Source: the human T2T-CHM13v2.0 reference genome, Homo sapiens. From it: a stretch of 64,000 bases of DNA. The notes beneath the pieces are model-generated. The model saw only the letters and a program-made list of their open reading frames with translations. It made no database searches and was not told the origin of the DNA. Below, piece after piece: positions 1 through 17,049 of this stretch (within the stretch, counting starts at the first letter, position 1; each line of letters starts with the position of its first letter). The stretch lies in assembly GCF_009914755.1 (NCBI RefSeq), contig NC_060931.1; one strand, written 5' to 3'. A program made the translations under genes and the position numbers.

Positions 1-400
1 CCTTGCCCTGTGTCCTCACCTCCTTTGCCCTCTGGATTCCTATGGGTTCAGCCAATGGGAGGCACTGGTAGGAGATCAGAAGCTGAGAGAAGAGAGAGCT
101 GAGAGCATTTCTTCCCTGCTCCTCCGCTTCCCGGACAGTGGCTGTGCTCCCTCCATAGCACTGCCTCTGCTGGGCACCTCCTTCTCCAGGTTCCAGCTCT
201 CACAGGCCCTTGATAACTCTATTCCACCCCCTTGCTCCTTCAGGCCCACAAGTGTGATGGCTGTCCACCTTTGCTAGTCTCTGGGTGCTTCAACATCCCT
301 TGTAGGTTCCCTTAACCCTGACTACACCTTCATTAAACTCTTTATTTGAACTATTTGAGCAAAATTCTGTTTCCTACCAGGAACCTAACCTGACTGATTC
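1..400 (+). mobile_element. ERVL-type LTR (LTR33/LTR16-like), truncated by the window edge
   Basis: CAGCCAATGGGAGGCACTGG...GAGATCAGA and 3' end ATTAAACTC...TTCCTACCAGGA...CTGACTGAT. Confidence 0.6.
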
Positions 401-660
401 ATAGACTAATGGAACAGAATAGACAATCCAGAAATATGCCCGAGTGTATACAGGAAGTTGCTATATAATAAATTTAGCATCCCAAATCAATGGAGCAAAA
501 ATAGACATTTTAATAAATACTGTTGAGACAAATGAATAGCCATCTGGAAAAATTTAGACTTTTAACTCACATGGTTCACCAGGATAGACTCCAAACCAAA
601 TTAAATGAAAATCAAATCAAATTATAAAAAGATTAGAAGTGGATGAGCAAACCGTAGTAG

Positions 661-2138
<1,478 letters not shown>

Positions 2139-3335
2139 CAGTCATACAATGAAATATTGCTCAGCAATTTAATGGAATGAATTATTGACAGGCACATCAA
2201 CAGAGAATCTCAGAAACATGCAGCATCATAGAAAGCTTGCACAATAGCATTTGTGCTGTATGATTGATTCCATTTATAGGAAATTCTAGAAGGGGTAAGA
2301 CTAACATAGCACGGAAAAAAAAATTGGAATAGTCATTATACCTAGGGATGGGAGTACAGCGGAGATTGACTGGGAAGGGTCATGAGGAAACTCACGGGGA
2401 TGAGGGTAATGGCCTGTACCTTGATAGGGGTTTGGGTTACACAAGCGTATGCATTTCTCAAAACTCAGCAAATCTACCCTTAAGATTTTCACATTTTATT
2501 GTATATAAATTGTACATCAAAACAAGAAAATAAACAGCAAATATCAAACTCTAGTTAGTGGTATGCTTGTGGGCTTACGTAGGGGGGAATGCATGACACC
2601 TGCAACTTAATTTTAAATGTACAAAATTAAGATAAATGAAAGGATAGGTAGACAGATGGATAGATAAATAGATATGTGATAAGGCAAGTATATAAAATGT
2701 TAATGGTCGTATCTGAGTAGTAGATGATAGGAGTGTTTACTATAAAATTCTTTCAACCTTGCTGTGTGTTTTAAATTTTTAATAATAAAATGTTTTAACA
2801 CTGGAAGAAAAATCCTAGCACATCCTACCACACAGATGAATCTTTGAGACATTATGCTAAGTGAAATAAGTCAATCACAAAAGAGCAAATACAATATGAT
2901 TCCTCTTACACGCAGGACCCAGAGTAATCACACTTACAGACAGAAAGTAGAATGGTGGTTGCCAGGGACTTCAGGAAGCGGGAAATGGGGAGATACTGTT
3001 TAATAGGCACAGAGTTTCAGTTTGCCAAGATGAAAAAAATGCTATGGATGGATGTTGGAGATGGTTGTACAACAGTGTGTATGAATGTACTTACTGCCAC
3101 TGAACTGTACACTTAAAAATGATTAAAATAGTAAAGATTGTTACTTCTGTAAATTATAAATAATTTTTCAAATTAAAAAAGCTAGAAGGAAGCATGAAAA
3201 AATCCTTTATAACCTTGGATAAGATTAGAGAAGTCATTATAACTATGTCTCAGAATCCAGGGAAGTTTATCACAGAATTGTTTATAATAGAGAGAATTGT
3301 AATCAGCCCCCAAATCCATCAATTAAAGGGTGGAG

Positions 3336-3696
<361 letters not shown>

Positions 3697-3999
3697 TCAT
3701 TAAAAAAAGATGTATAACTATATTTATATCAAAAAATGCCCACAAAATAAAAGTAAAAAACATTACATTATAAAATAGCATGTTTCATCTGATACCATTT
3801 GTATAAAATGTATACATATACAGTATGTGTATATGTGCCTAAAGAGATGCTTGGAATGGTATTCACCAAAATGTTCACAGTAGCTATCTTTAGCTGGTGA
3901 GTTTGTTAGTGCTTTATTCCACATTATTTGACATTTTTGCAACAAGCATGCTTTTTTAAAAGAGAATGAAACCATTTTCAACTCATTCTGACATATTAA

Positions 4000-4250
4000 A
4001 AGAAGTTGGCATTTGGTAGCATCAAGTATCTCCTTTCCAGCTGATCAGAATGGCAACTTCACAAAAAGTGGAGAGAGGAATCTGACTGATGCCTAAACAG
4101 TTATCGGTGCTTCCCTTGTAATATGTGACAGTGACAGCACCATTCACAGATTCAAAAAGTGCAGTAATACAAACAACTTAGACACAGGTGAAGATGACCC
4201 AGAAATGGCTTTAGAGAAAACAATGATGCCAATGATAAAAAAAAAAAAGC
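4000..4250 (+). mobile_element. Ancient pogo/Tc2-like transposase relic
   Basis: 4148-4198 translates RFKKCSNTNNLDTGEDD, resembling the FKKCxIxxxLDGxEDD C-terminal motif of pogo/Tc2 DDE transposases. Confidence 0.5.
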
Positions 4251-4453
4251 CTGTAAAAAGATTCAATAAAATTGTTTTATGGAGTATAAAATGGAAAAGT
4301 AATATTCTAAGTTAATGTATTTTATGCAACTTGAGATATTTAAATAGATGTAACAAAAGTAATAAGATAAATATTAAAAGGACACATGGGACCTTTTTCT
4401 AGCCCCTTCAAAGTCTGTATATTCAAGTAGGTCATTTAAGAAAATACACTTCT

Positions 4454-5018
<565 letters not shown>

Positions 5019-7371
5019 TCACCGGCTTCTCTTACCCTCCTCCCTTTCCCTACATTAGGGAGCCTGAATCCGAGGACTGGGGATAACAGAACAAAAGGCT
5101 GGCGGTGGGAGAGGGGCCAGGGAACAAAGCGCTACGTCCTTTCCTTCTCCCTCGGGAGCACACAATTAGTGTGGCTGTGGAAAAAGTGACAGAATGGAAA
5201 AAGCAACAACTCTGGCTGGCTGGCTTATAGGCTAGTCATCTCCAAGGTCATGTGAAGGGTAAATAAAATCCCTGCAAAAGAAGAGTGCCCCCTCCAACCC
5301 TTTCTCCCTGAATTGAGCAGGAGCTGGTTCTTAGGGAAAGGAGCTGAGAATTCTGAAAGGGGAGTGGCGGTGTGACCAGGAGCACAGCACAGAGGGCCCA
5401 GGTGCCAGGCTCCACCAGGGTGGAGGGGCAACGGTGCCCTCCCTGATGCCAGCACACGCCCGCCTCCCCCAGGCAGCCTTCAGATGTGATGTGACTTGAC
5501 ATGCCTGCCACTAGAGCCTGGGAGTTGGTCATGAGCTCATGGATTTACAAGCTGACAGGTGCTGACATGTAAGGGCCTGGGCCACGCCAGCAGGACACAT
5601 TGAGTATAACTCATCTAAGGTCGGAGAGTCCTCCCAGAACCTCCCCTTTCTGATTCCCCCTGGACACAGAGACTCCGTGGGTGCTCAGGGAATGCCCCGG
5701 ACGTACATATTCAAGGATAAGGATGAGACGGGACTCTGGGCACTCCCTGCCCTGGAAGAGGGAAGGATGTGGAGCCATCCCCCCTCCCTGTTCCTCCAGG
5801 AGACTCACAATGTAAGCTTGGAGGGGTTTCACCAAGAGGCCACTCCCTACTGAGAAACAGACCAATGCATTAGGCACCTCGAGACATTTTGATGGCCATT
5901 TCACAGCCATTTTGACATGGTGGTTTTAATGTGGCCAATTTTTTTTTAAACTTGTGATTAAACTATACATACAATTTCATCAGCTAGCCTCATCCCCTGC
6001 CACCCACCCATTCCTGATTCTCATTCAGTCCACAGTCTCTTCAAGGTGTAGGGAAGGTGAGCATGGGATGACAGACAAGATGAAGCTCAGGGATGCTGTC
6101 AGGAATTGGGGCAGGTGAGAGATGGGGCAAGGCTCAGGCTCAGGATGGGGGTCTGCACACATCCTTTGGAAAAAGTGAAGAGTCTGGGGGTCAAGTCTGT
6201 ATGGTTAAAACACACTTCTCTAAATCAGAACAGGTCTATGGGGAAATGAGTGCAGAGGAACGGGTATCATCTCAGTATGAGGAGAAATTGCCAACAGTAA
6301 AAAGCTGTGACCTTGGGAGAGATCGAGGGGCAACTCGCCAGTGGGTCTACAGAGGCCCAGAGTACCGCCACATATGGGAGCTAGCCATAAACACCCACCC
6401 CATGCCTGGCTCTCCCAGCCGACACATAGCACAGACTAAGGAGAACAACAATGCTTTTAAATGCTGCCACCTCCCTCAGAACAGACTAATCTAGCCTGTG
6501 TGCTCAAAAGGACCAAAGCTGCGAGAAGCATTTACCACGAGCTGAGCGGTCCCAGGGAGCATAGTCAGTTCTGTGGCACAGGCCCCAAACCAAGAAAAAG
6601 CTGGGTGCTCAGGGCACCCAGAAAAGCTGGTACAAAGCATGAGTGAATCCCAGTTGTAACTGATTTCTTTTAGAAAGTGATGACTTTTTTTTTTTTTTAA
6701 CCAGTGATAACTGCTTAGCCTTAGTGGTAAGGAAGCCCTACTAAAAACATCCCACTACTGCTAATAAAATCTCACATGTCTAATAATAAAAACACCTGTT
6801 GAGCACTGACTCTGTGCCCAGCACCATGCTGAGAGCTTTGCATTAAACCCTTAAACTCACAAACAACTCAATAAATGGAATTTTTTGCATCCCCATTTTA
6901 CAGATGAGGAATCTGAAGTTCACAGGGTTCGAGTAACTTGCCCCATTAATCATGGGCAGAGCCCAGATTCTAACTCCATCTCTCTCACTGCAGAGCCTGC
7001 CCGTGTAACTATAAGCAATATTAACTCCCAGGGAAAAGTTCTATTTTTTTTTTGGTACTATAATCCCAATTTAGTAAAAAAAAAAAAAAAAAATCATACT
7101 GTGCACATAAAAAAGGAGAGGGTTATAAGCAAGCATCAAAGTATCTGTTGTATTAAGATGATGATCTTTTAGGCGCTTTCTTCATTTATCTCAAGTTTTT
7201 CTTGATATTGTAATTCTATTATTTTACTTGTATTTCAACTTTAACCAAACAGAAATCATGTGACTCAACGTAGTAATTTGAATGCTATCTCTTGTTGACC
7301 TATCAATTTATTTGCCAATTATATCTAGACTGCAACATTAAAATATTATAAAATGTACTTCTGGGAACTTG

Positions 7372-7558
7372 TGTTTTTGTTTGTTTGTTTTTGTTTTGTT
7401 TTGGTTTGGTTTTGAGACAGAATCTCACACTGTGACCTAGGCTAAAATGCAGTGGTATTTAGAGCTCACTGCAGCTTCAAACTCCTGGGCTCAAGTGATC
7501 CTCCAGCCTCAGCCTCCCAAAGTGCTGGGACTACAGATGTGAACCATCATGCCCAGCC
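7372..7558 (-). mobile_element. Internally deleted Alu
   Basis: Antisense Alu ends joined, with the central part missing. Confidence 0.8.
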
Positions 7559-9347
7559 TTACTTCTGGAAACTTCCTCAGTACTATGGTCTTCCCCACAT
7601 ACTATTTCTTTCCATGGCAGTAGCAAGTTGGCCAATTATTTTTTTATCAGCCTCAAGCTGCTACTGATGTCTCAGGCAGTTCAGCACAAGGCTTAAGACC
7701 TGGGTTCAAGTAAGACCCCCATACTCACTAGATGTGCAACCTCAGATAATTCCCCAAGCTTCATTGTCCTCATCTAAGAAAAGGAGATAACAATGGCACT
7801 TACCTCTTAGTTTAATGCTGGTGCATGAAGTATGCCTGGCACAGGGTAAGTGCTCAATAAATGTTAACGTCTATTGTTCCTATGAAATATAATGATATGA
7901 TTGTTTTATTTGCACTTTTTCAATCATTAAAAAAAGTCACTTTCCAAATAGCATCCTTGCGTGACAATAATCAGATATGGGAAGATACGGCAGCACACAT
8001 TTCCAGATTAAGATTCACTTTTTCCTTCAGAACAGAGGCTTTATTTTTGAAGGGATGCCCTCATATTTGTAACATTTTTTGTCTCTTGGACCAGAAGAAG
8101 GTACTGAGTTATTAGGGTGTCAAAATCCAGGAAGTAATAAAGTCCCAAACAAACAAACAAACAAAAAATTAAAAATTAAAGTCCCAAAGAGCAGCCAGAC
8201 AGGGCATGAAAAACTTTTTCCAAACTGCCCTGCATGTAATCTTCAAAGCAGCATGTAAATGAGGTCCACCCGACTCCTGGAGCATTTAAGCTGCAAGCAA
8301 AACCCACTCAGATACCAAGAAGAATAAATGAATCTGTTATGTGTGTACTGATCTAATGGCTTCTTTTTTCCCATTTTGTCTTCAGTTTTACTGAGGTCTC
8401 TTAGGAAGATCTCTGACATCAGTAAGGGAGCCCAGTACTCTGACTGGCAGAGGAAAAAATGGCAACCTGTTAGTTTAATTAACAAACTAAAATTAATAAT
8501 TGGTTAAAATATTTTTTAAATATCTTTACTCAGGTTCAAGGAGTTTAAAGTGGAGGTGATATCTGAGAAGGGCAAGTTTGAAATCTACAAGCTGGGGAGA
8601 AGAAAATACGGGGGAACAAAGCTTGGAAGAAAGAGCCTGTTACTGAATTTAGACTTCTACTTTAATTCATATATTGTTCAAGTTAACAATTTCCTAGTAT
8701 CCTCCAGAATATTTATAAGACAGAACTTGCTAAAAAGAGTACTCAAAAAATAGTAGGTATAGAGAACAACAGAGAGAAAGAGAGAGAGCAAAAAAGCAGC
8801 CCCTCTAACTACTCCCTCCCTACCCGGAGAGTCTCCTTTGGAGGTTAACTTCAGCTCCCTCAGGAGAGTGAGCCCTTGGGGTATGGGGTGACCTCATTAG
8901 TAGCTTCACAAAAATCCAGTCATCTGAGAATAAACCTGAAATTAGTTACTGTTCTGGCAGTGAGTGGAGGGCACGGCAGGCTCCTGCTACTTCTAGACTA
9001 AAGAATGTTCCCAACCTTCCTGGCAGTGGCTGCCTAGCCCTGGGCTTCGGCTCCCTCCTTCTGGGAAATGACAATATTTTGCAACTTGGCCACATTTTTC
9101 CTTGGCTGAGAAGGAAAAACCCAGGGCTTTGCTGCTAACATAGATGCAAAAGAGCATGCCTCTTGCGCTCTTGGTGCTTGTGCTCCACCATGACAGCTTA
9201 GACACCACCAGTGCGGAGATGTAAGAGGCACACACAGAGGCCAGGATCTGGTTCCTAATCCTAACTCATCCTGTCCGCTGTGTGACCAGAGCAAGTCCTG
9301 GCACTACTCTGAACCTCAGTTTCTTTATTTGTAAAAATGGGGTAATA

Positions 9348-9494
9348 GGCTGGGCATGGTGGCTCACACCTGTAATCCCAGCAGTTTGGGAGGTGGAGGT
9401 GGGCAGATCACCTGAGGTCAGGAGTTCAAGACCAGCCTGGCTAACATGTCAAAACCCTGTCTCTACTAAAAATACAAAAATAGCCAGGTGTGGT

Positions 9495-9548
<54 letters not shown>

Positions 9549-9675
9549 TATATATGTGTATATATATATACATATATATGTGTGTATATATATACACATA
9601 TATATGTGTGTATATATATACACACATATATATGTGTATATATATACATATATATGTGTATATATGTATATATAT

Positions 9676-9708
<33 letters not shown>

Positions 9709-9842
9709 TGTAATCCCAACTACTAGTGAGGCTCAGGCAGAAGAATCACTTGAACCCAGGAGGTGGAGGTTGCAGTCAACCGAGATGGTGCCACTGCACT
9801 CCAGCCTTGGCAACAGAGCAAGGCTCCATCTCAAAAAAAAAA
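9348..9842 (+). mobile_element. AluS with an internal (TA/TG/CA)n microsatellite
   Basis: The Alu is interrupted at GGTGGCA|...|TGTAATCCC by about 210 bp of alternating purine-pyrimidine repeat. Confidence 0.92.
9497..9710. repeat. Compound (TA)n/(TG)n/(CA)n microsatellite
   Basis: Directly visible. Confidence 0.97.
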
Positions 9843-11599
9843 GGGGGGGTGGTAATAATAGTGCTTGTCTTAGCTACCTCAAAGGTTTGTCGTGAGATTT
9901 GAGTAAGATTGTAATTGTTCAAGTAATGTGAAAACTGTGCAAATGCAAGTTATTTGTATTTTTTTTAATTTGACAAACTAAAATTAATAACTGGTTAAAA
10001 TATTTTTTTTAAGTATCTTTACTCAGGTTCAAGGAGTTTAAAGTGGAGGTGATATCTGAGAAGGGCAAGTTTGAGCAGAGCCCACATCTGTTTCCTGTAA
10101 GATTTGCTCATTAGCTTCAATTGCTTCCAACCATGGCTCAATGTGAGAGTCCGTTTTCCTGATCTCAGCCATTCCACAAAAATCAAATCAGTGTCTGATG
10201 TGTGCATGCTGTTTCAAAGCCCTGAATATCCATGATCTCACCTGATCCCAGCTCTCAGTCTATCCATGAGCAAGTCACTTGGACTCTCAAAAGGATACTG
10301 TGAACACCACAGAGGGGTAGTTTTCAAAGTCAGGGTTTTCACCCCTAGAAGGCGGATTAAAACTAACACACACACACACACACACACAGCACTAGGTTGA
10401 ATAATTTGAGTAAATTACAGAAAATATAACACTAAGGATGACATAAATATGTAGGACTGTGTCCTACCTCAGAAGTAGGTGATCTAGGGCCTGAACCCTC
10501 TAAGGCCACATGAACTGCTTTGTGGATTTTGCTGGCCTCCCCGCGGCCTTCAGCCTCTCTCTCATCCCACTCCCTTTCTCTTCCCTGCCTTCCTCACTCC
10601 AGTTATTGTTTAATTTCCATGGAAGAATCATCATGGCATTGTGGAAGGAGAACTGGATTACAAATCAGATTCACCTACACGGATGATCCGTTAATGTGTG
10701 TGTAACCAATATTGACTAAATGACTAGCAAGTCCCAAGGCATGTGCCAAGTACCTTGCATAAATTGCCTTATTTAGGTGAGATCAATACAATTTCCATTT
10801 TCCAGATCAGAAAATGGGCTCAGAGAAATTAGTGCCTATAGCCAGGAAGTATGGGAGCCAATGATCGAGATTCCAGAGCCTCCTTCTCTGACACCAGGCT
10901 GCCTGGAAGAATTAATCATGGGACTCCTGAAAGTCTAACTGCAAGTGATCTAGGATAAAGCATGTCATCAATAATAAGTAAAAAGTTGATTTAAATTCCC
11001 TTCCCTTATTAAAAGGGAACAGTAAAGCCATCTGCCCCATCTACCTCAGAAAACTGTCGTGAAGATCAAATGTTAAAGAGGCTGTCTAGGGGCTTTATAA
11101 GCTGTAAAGTGCTGTACAGAAGCTTCCTAACATTTCTTCCCCACATCTTACACCCAGCAGGAGCAAATGTACCACTGATGGCTAGGCAGGTTACTTGATT
11201 CTGCCCCAAATTGAGACTGACTTTGAAAGCAATGAATCCAGTAACCGCCAGGAAAGAGAATCAAAAGAAAGTGAGCCCGAGACTTTTCTGCCTTGGTAAG
11301 ACTCTGGGACCCCAACTTGCATCCTAGGTGAAAGGAAGTGTGTTGGGGAAAGCAGTTCCTAGAGGTAATGCCACACCCACAGGGGCCCCACACTTGCCCA
11401 TTACAGTGCATTCTCATCGGTATTGCCTGTCACTAACCTAAGCTTGAGAAGGCTGCTCGTGTCTATTTAGATTAACTCAGCGCAGGGACACACGTTGCAG
11501 GTGCTACAAATGTTGAAGGTTAAGGCACAGGTGGTGTCACTACTTCACCATCTACACACCAATGTTTATTATTATTTTTTGAGTTAATCTTTGTTTTTC

Positions 11600-11962
11600 A
11601 TTTGTTTATAATTTCAACTTTAATTTTAGATTCAAGCCCCATATGTGCAAGTTTGTTACCTGGATATATTGCATGGTGCTGTGGTTTGGGGTACAATTGA
11701 GCCAGTCACACAGGTAGTGAGCATAGTACCCAATAGGTAGTTTTTCAACCCTTTCCCCCCCACCTGGCCTCCCCCCTCAGCTAGTCCCCAGTGTCTATTG
11801 TTGCCATATTTATGTTCCTGTCTACCCAATGTTTAGTTCCCACTTATAAGTAAGATCATGTATACTTGGTTTTCTATTTCTGCATTAATTCACTTAGGAT
11901 AATGGCCTCAAGCTAAATCCATGTTGCTGCAAAAGACATGATTTCATTCTTTTTTATGACAG
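11600..11962 (-). mobile_element. L1 3' end fragment (L1PA15/16-like)
   Basis: Antisense L1 3'UTR: GAGCATAGTACCCAATAGGTAG...CCCACTTATAAGT...CATGTTGCTGCAAAAGACATG. Confidence 0.8.
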
Positions 11963-12368
11963 CACATACCAATCTTTAAAATCACAAAAGTTTTGTTTAA
12001 CTTTCGCATTGGTCATCTTTTCAATTAAGCTAAAATTTACCCTAAAATGTTAATCCCAGATTAAAGGCATCACTGGTAAAGGATCATAAGTATCCTGATG
12101 TTTTAGAAATTGGCAAGAGAGTGGTTGCAAAAGGGCTAGGGAGGTGAAGGAGAGAGATTAGATAAAGAATAATCTGACTTGAATCCAGAATCTCTTTCCT
12201 CCACAGCACTGCCCAGATCCCAAGAACTCACTAATGGCTAACACAATACACCCAATATCTACTCGCCCTCCCAGTGATTTCTACTCGTAGAACAGCAGTT
12301 TTCAAACTGTGACCCTTTGACTAGCAGCATTCACAGCATCTAGGAACTGGTCAGAAATGCAACCCTCA

Positions 12369-12683
<315 letters not shown>

Positions 12684-13777
12684 ATGCAACTCTCAGGTTG
12701 CTTGTCAGACTTACCAGAAAGTCGAGAGGAAGGACCCAAGATTGTGTGTTTCAGCAAGCTCCTGGGTGACTGTGATACACACTTTGCTGGTAATAGAATC
12801 ACCTGGGAAATTTGGTTAAAATGCTAAGACTCTGGTCCTATCCCATGGCAACAAGCCTGAGCATCTGTAATTATCTCTCCAAGTGATTTTGATAAACACC
12901 AATGTTTGAAATCTACTGATCCTAGTATCTGAGAGGACCCAGCTAGAGACAAATAGTGGTAACTTCACCAAGACTCACAGAAGACGTAGATGGAAACCAA
13001 GAAGCAATGAGTCAGCAAGACAATGCTCTAACACTGCTATTTGATGAATGTTGGCTACACTTTGAAATCAGCACTTGACACATCTTTTCAAAATATTAAA
13101 ACAGCAAGACAAGAAAAGATAGTAACTGAAAAGGAAAAGAGCTTCAATAATTTTAATACACAGATCATTAACCAAAAAAAACACTTTAATCAATAATGTC
13201 AGGATCTCTCTGCAACCAGAGGAATTTCTAACAAATGCTAGGAGCCTCTCATAATCAACTTCAGATTATTAAGCAATAAAGAATAGCTGTGAACTGTTGT
13301 TTGTAATGTGTTTTATTTAATTACTTGTTTGTTCTGAGGTAACTTCTCATTGAAAATGTGGTAAGGTGCTCCCTCTTTTCCACTAGTGAGATCTGAAAGC
13401 AAAGCTTTGAAAACAGACAAACCTAGAAAACATCTGCACCTGACATATGCCAGGTCCCCACACGGGCTTTGGTACATTATCTCATTTAATCTTCACAACA
13501 TGATGACAGAGAAATAGTGGAACATCCTTAACACAACAAATCCCATAGGCTCAAAGCAGTTAAATTTCCATGAGAGACAGCTGACTTAATACCCTGAGCT
13601 GTACTTTCCCATTCAAGTTCCCTGGCTTTAATTACCATCCCAGTAATACCCAAGGTGACTGTTTCTCTCTTAATACTCTGACACCTCCCTTCCAGGACCA
13701 ATGTACTTTCCCTTGGTTCCTCTGACCATAGCTGGAACAAGATAAAACTTTCAAAAGACATTACTAATAATAAACTA

Positions 13778-14132
13778 AGTCGGGTGCAGTGGCTCATGCC
13801 TATAATCCCAGTACTTTGGGAGGCTGAGGCGGGTGGATCACTTGAGCCCAGGCCTGGAGGCTAAGGCAGACAGATCACTTGAGCCCAGGCCTGACAACAT
13901 GGTGAAACCCTGTCTTTACAAAAAATAGATATATATAAATTAGCTGGGTGTGTTGGTGCATGCCTGTAGTTCCAGCTACTCAGGAGGCTGAAATAGGAGG
14001 ATCGCTTGAGCCTGGGAGGTAGAGTTTGCAGTGAGCTGAGATTGCAGTGAGCCGAGGTGGTCCCACGGCACTCCAGCCTGGGTGACAGACTAAGACCCTG
14101 TCTCAAAACTAAAATAAAAATAAATAAATAAA
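13778..14132 (+). mobile_element. AluJ with two internal tandem duplications
   Basis: GATCACTTGAGCCCAGGCCTG occurs twice, and TTGCAGTGAGC(T/C)GAG occurs twice. Confidence 0.88.
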
Positions 14133-14890
14133 CTAAAGAGTTAACAAACGGAAAATAAGCACACAGCATTTAAGACAAGCAGCATAGAGAAAAGGTAAGA
14201 ACACAAGTTTTAGAACCAGACAACCTGTGTTTAAAGTATGTCATTTACTAGCTGTGTGACTAATTAACCTCTATATGCCTTAATGTCTTCATCTATAAAG
14301 TGATAATAAAAGCATCCATCCCACAATCTCATAAAATAGCATCCAGCAATACTGTTTATGTATATATACCTATACACACAGACATTATATTATATTACAT
14401 ATATATATATTCATATATATTCATCTTGGCTTATAAAGTACAAGTTTTAGATTGCAGCATAACTAGTTTACTCCCAGGTTCTCTGCTATTCCACACAATA
14501 TCTGGAGAAGTTCAATCTAGTCCAGTAAAAGGCTACCTAGCTTCACAGCTAAGGACAATTCATTTCATTTTTACAGATGATAAAAATGAGCCTCATCTGC
14601 AATTCCAGCTATCTAAACCCACCTCTCTTCAAAGACGTGAGCTCAAATACCACTCTTTTCAAAAAGATCAAAATATAGAAATTGAATAATTTTGCATAAG
14701 TATCCTAGGTGATATAAAACTCAGAATGTAATTTTTAATTGCATATATTTCTTATGAAATAAAATGGAAGGGATTGAAAAAAATTCTTGTATAATCAAAA
14801 AGTTAAAGTTAAAAGTATTTCCAAGGTGTCGTCAAATCCAGAACGAATCTAATTCAATGAAAATTGCTAGAAATTGGTTTTCTGGCATTA

Positions 14891-15235
<345 letters not shown>

Positions 15236-15539
15236 GAAGGAAGGAAGGAAGGAGAAAAAATGTGGTAATATCCTTTCATGGTTACATATGTTTGTAATTG
15301 AACTGATATCTCCCACACACAAAAAATATATATATTAATGAGTTTCACAAAGGAAGCCCATGTTTCATCCTATATTAGGTGGACCATGACAGATTTTATA
15401 AAAACTAAATATGTATCTGCACATTTAAAAATATGAATTTTCCTTGATAATGCCTTACTCTTGTACTATATTTATGATTTGCAACACATTTTTGCCTCCA
15501 TAATTTCCTTTGAGTTTCATGGCATAGAAAATGGTGTAA

Positions 15540-15826
<287 letters not shown>

Positions 15827-17049
15827 GTACTCATTTTAAAAGAGCAGATTGTACACGCTTAGAAAATGTAAGTAGCCCACCCAAGGATACTGAGCTTAGC
15901 AGAACCCAGGTGTCCTGACTCCTGATCTGGTTCTCTTCCCATTAATACCACAAAGATATGTCTTCTGGATGGAAGAAATAAACATGTTTCACAATGATAA
16001 ATCTCCCCTTGAAAGGACAGAGTGTTTGTGTCTTCTTTTAATATTTTGAAAACTTTCAAGGGAATAAGGATATATGGATCCTCATCTCTCAGTAAGTTAA
16101 ACTGTAAGCCAGTCCCCCTCACTATCCACTTAATCTACTGAATCCTTCTTGAAAAGTCAACAGACCATCCCCGTGAGCACCACAAATTTGCTTGGGGTGA
16201 AGTGAGGATTCATGTATGAGACCAAAAGTCCAGAGATGTATTTAGCAACATTTCCAGTGTAAGAGATTTTTTTAAATCACATATACAAACTAAGGCATTT
16301 TCCTCCCACTTGCACAAAACAGGATCTGCCCCGACGAAATGGAATCTTTGAATATCTCAAACTAAAATTTTTAAAGTGAGTGAAGTTTCACTATTCCCTC
16401 AGCTGAAGATGTTCAAAGATCTGGTTCATGTGTAATACGGAATATTTGCATAGTATTTTACAGTTTTCACAGCCTTTCTACTTACATTGTGTGGTCAGAT
16501 TTTCCAGCTCCCTAGTGAGACGGAATTATTATCATCCCTGTGTCACAGATGAAAAAACGGAGGCACAGGGGGAGTATCTTGCCCAAGATCGCAATGAAAG
16601 CAGCACGTCCACCTCTGACTTCAAATCGTGTGTGCTCTTTTCACTTATCCTATGTTATCTACCCTAAAGGCAAGTCTTCCCCCAACTGCACACCTCAAGT
16701 CCTTTCACATGTGTAACTAGGTCTGGACAAGCAGGAATTTCTGGCCCTTTTCCCAATTCCCGTGGGAGGAGATGGGAAAGGTGCTTCTTTTATCCTTGCC
16801 TTTCCAAGACAACAAGAAAGGCTTCTCCCCATGGTGCCGGCCCCGGTACTAAGCTGGGGAAAGGGATCCTTAGGGTGTAAACTGTCTTGCCACCTACTGT
16901 TTAAACCTCTGTGAAAGATAAGCCTTCTGAAATAGCCTCCTATTCAACCCAGAAATCAATCCTAACTTGTAAAAGAAGTTATGGACACGAGGACGAGAAA
17001 CGGGAAATCCTGCGGGAGATAGCGCTTTCTCTTTTCCCCCAGAAAGTCT

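Larger units (their letters stand above)
8482..10074. repeat. ~100-bp dispersed direct repeat (8482-8581 and 9973-10074)
   Basis: Near-identical ACAAACTAAAATTAATAA...GAGAAGGGCAAGTTTGA copies. Confidence 0.95.

Noticed and set aside
9282-9895. YIYI/HTHT-repeat ORFs in several frames
   Set aside because: Artefact of the stop-free dinucleotide microsatellite.
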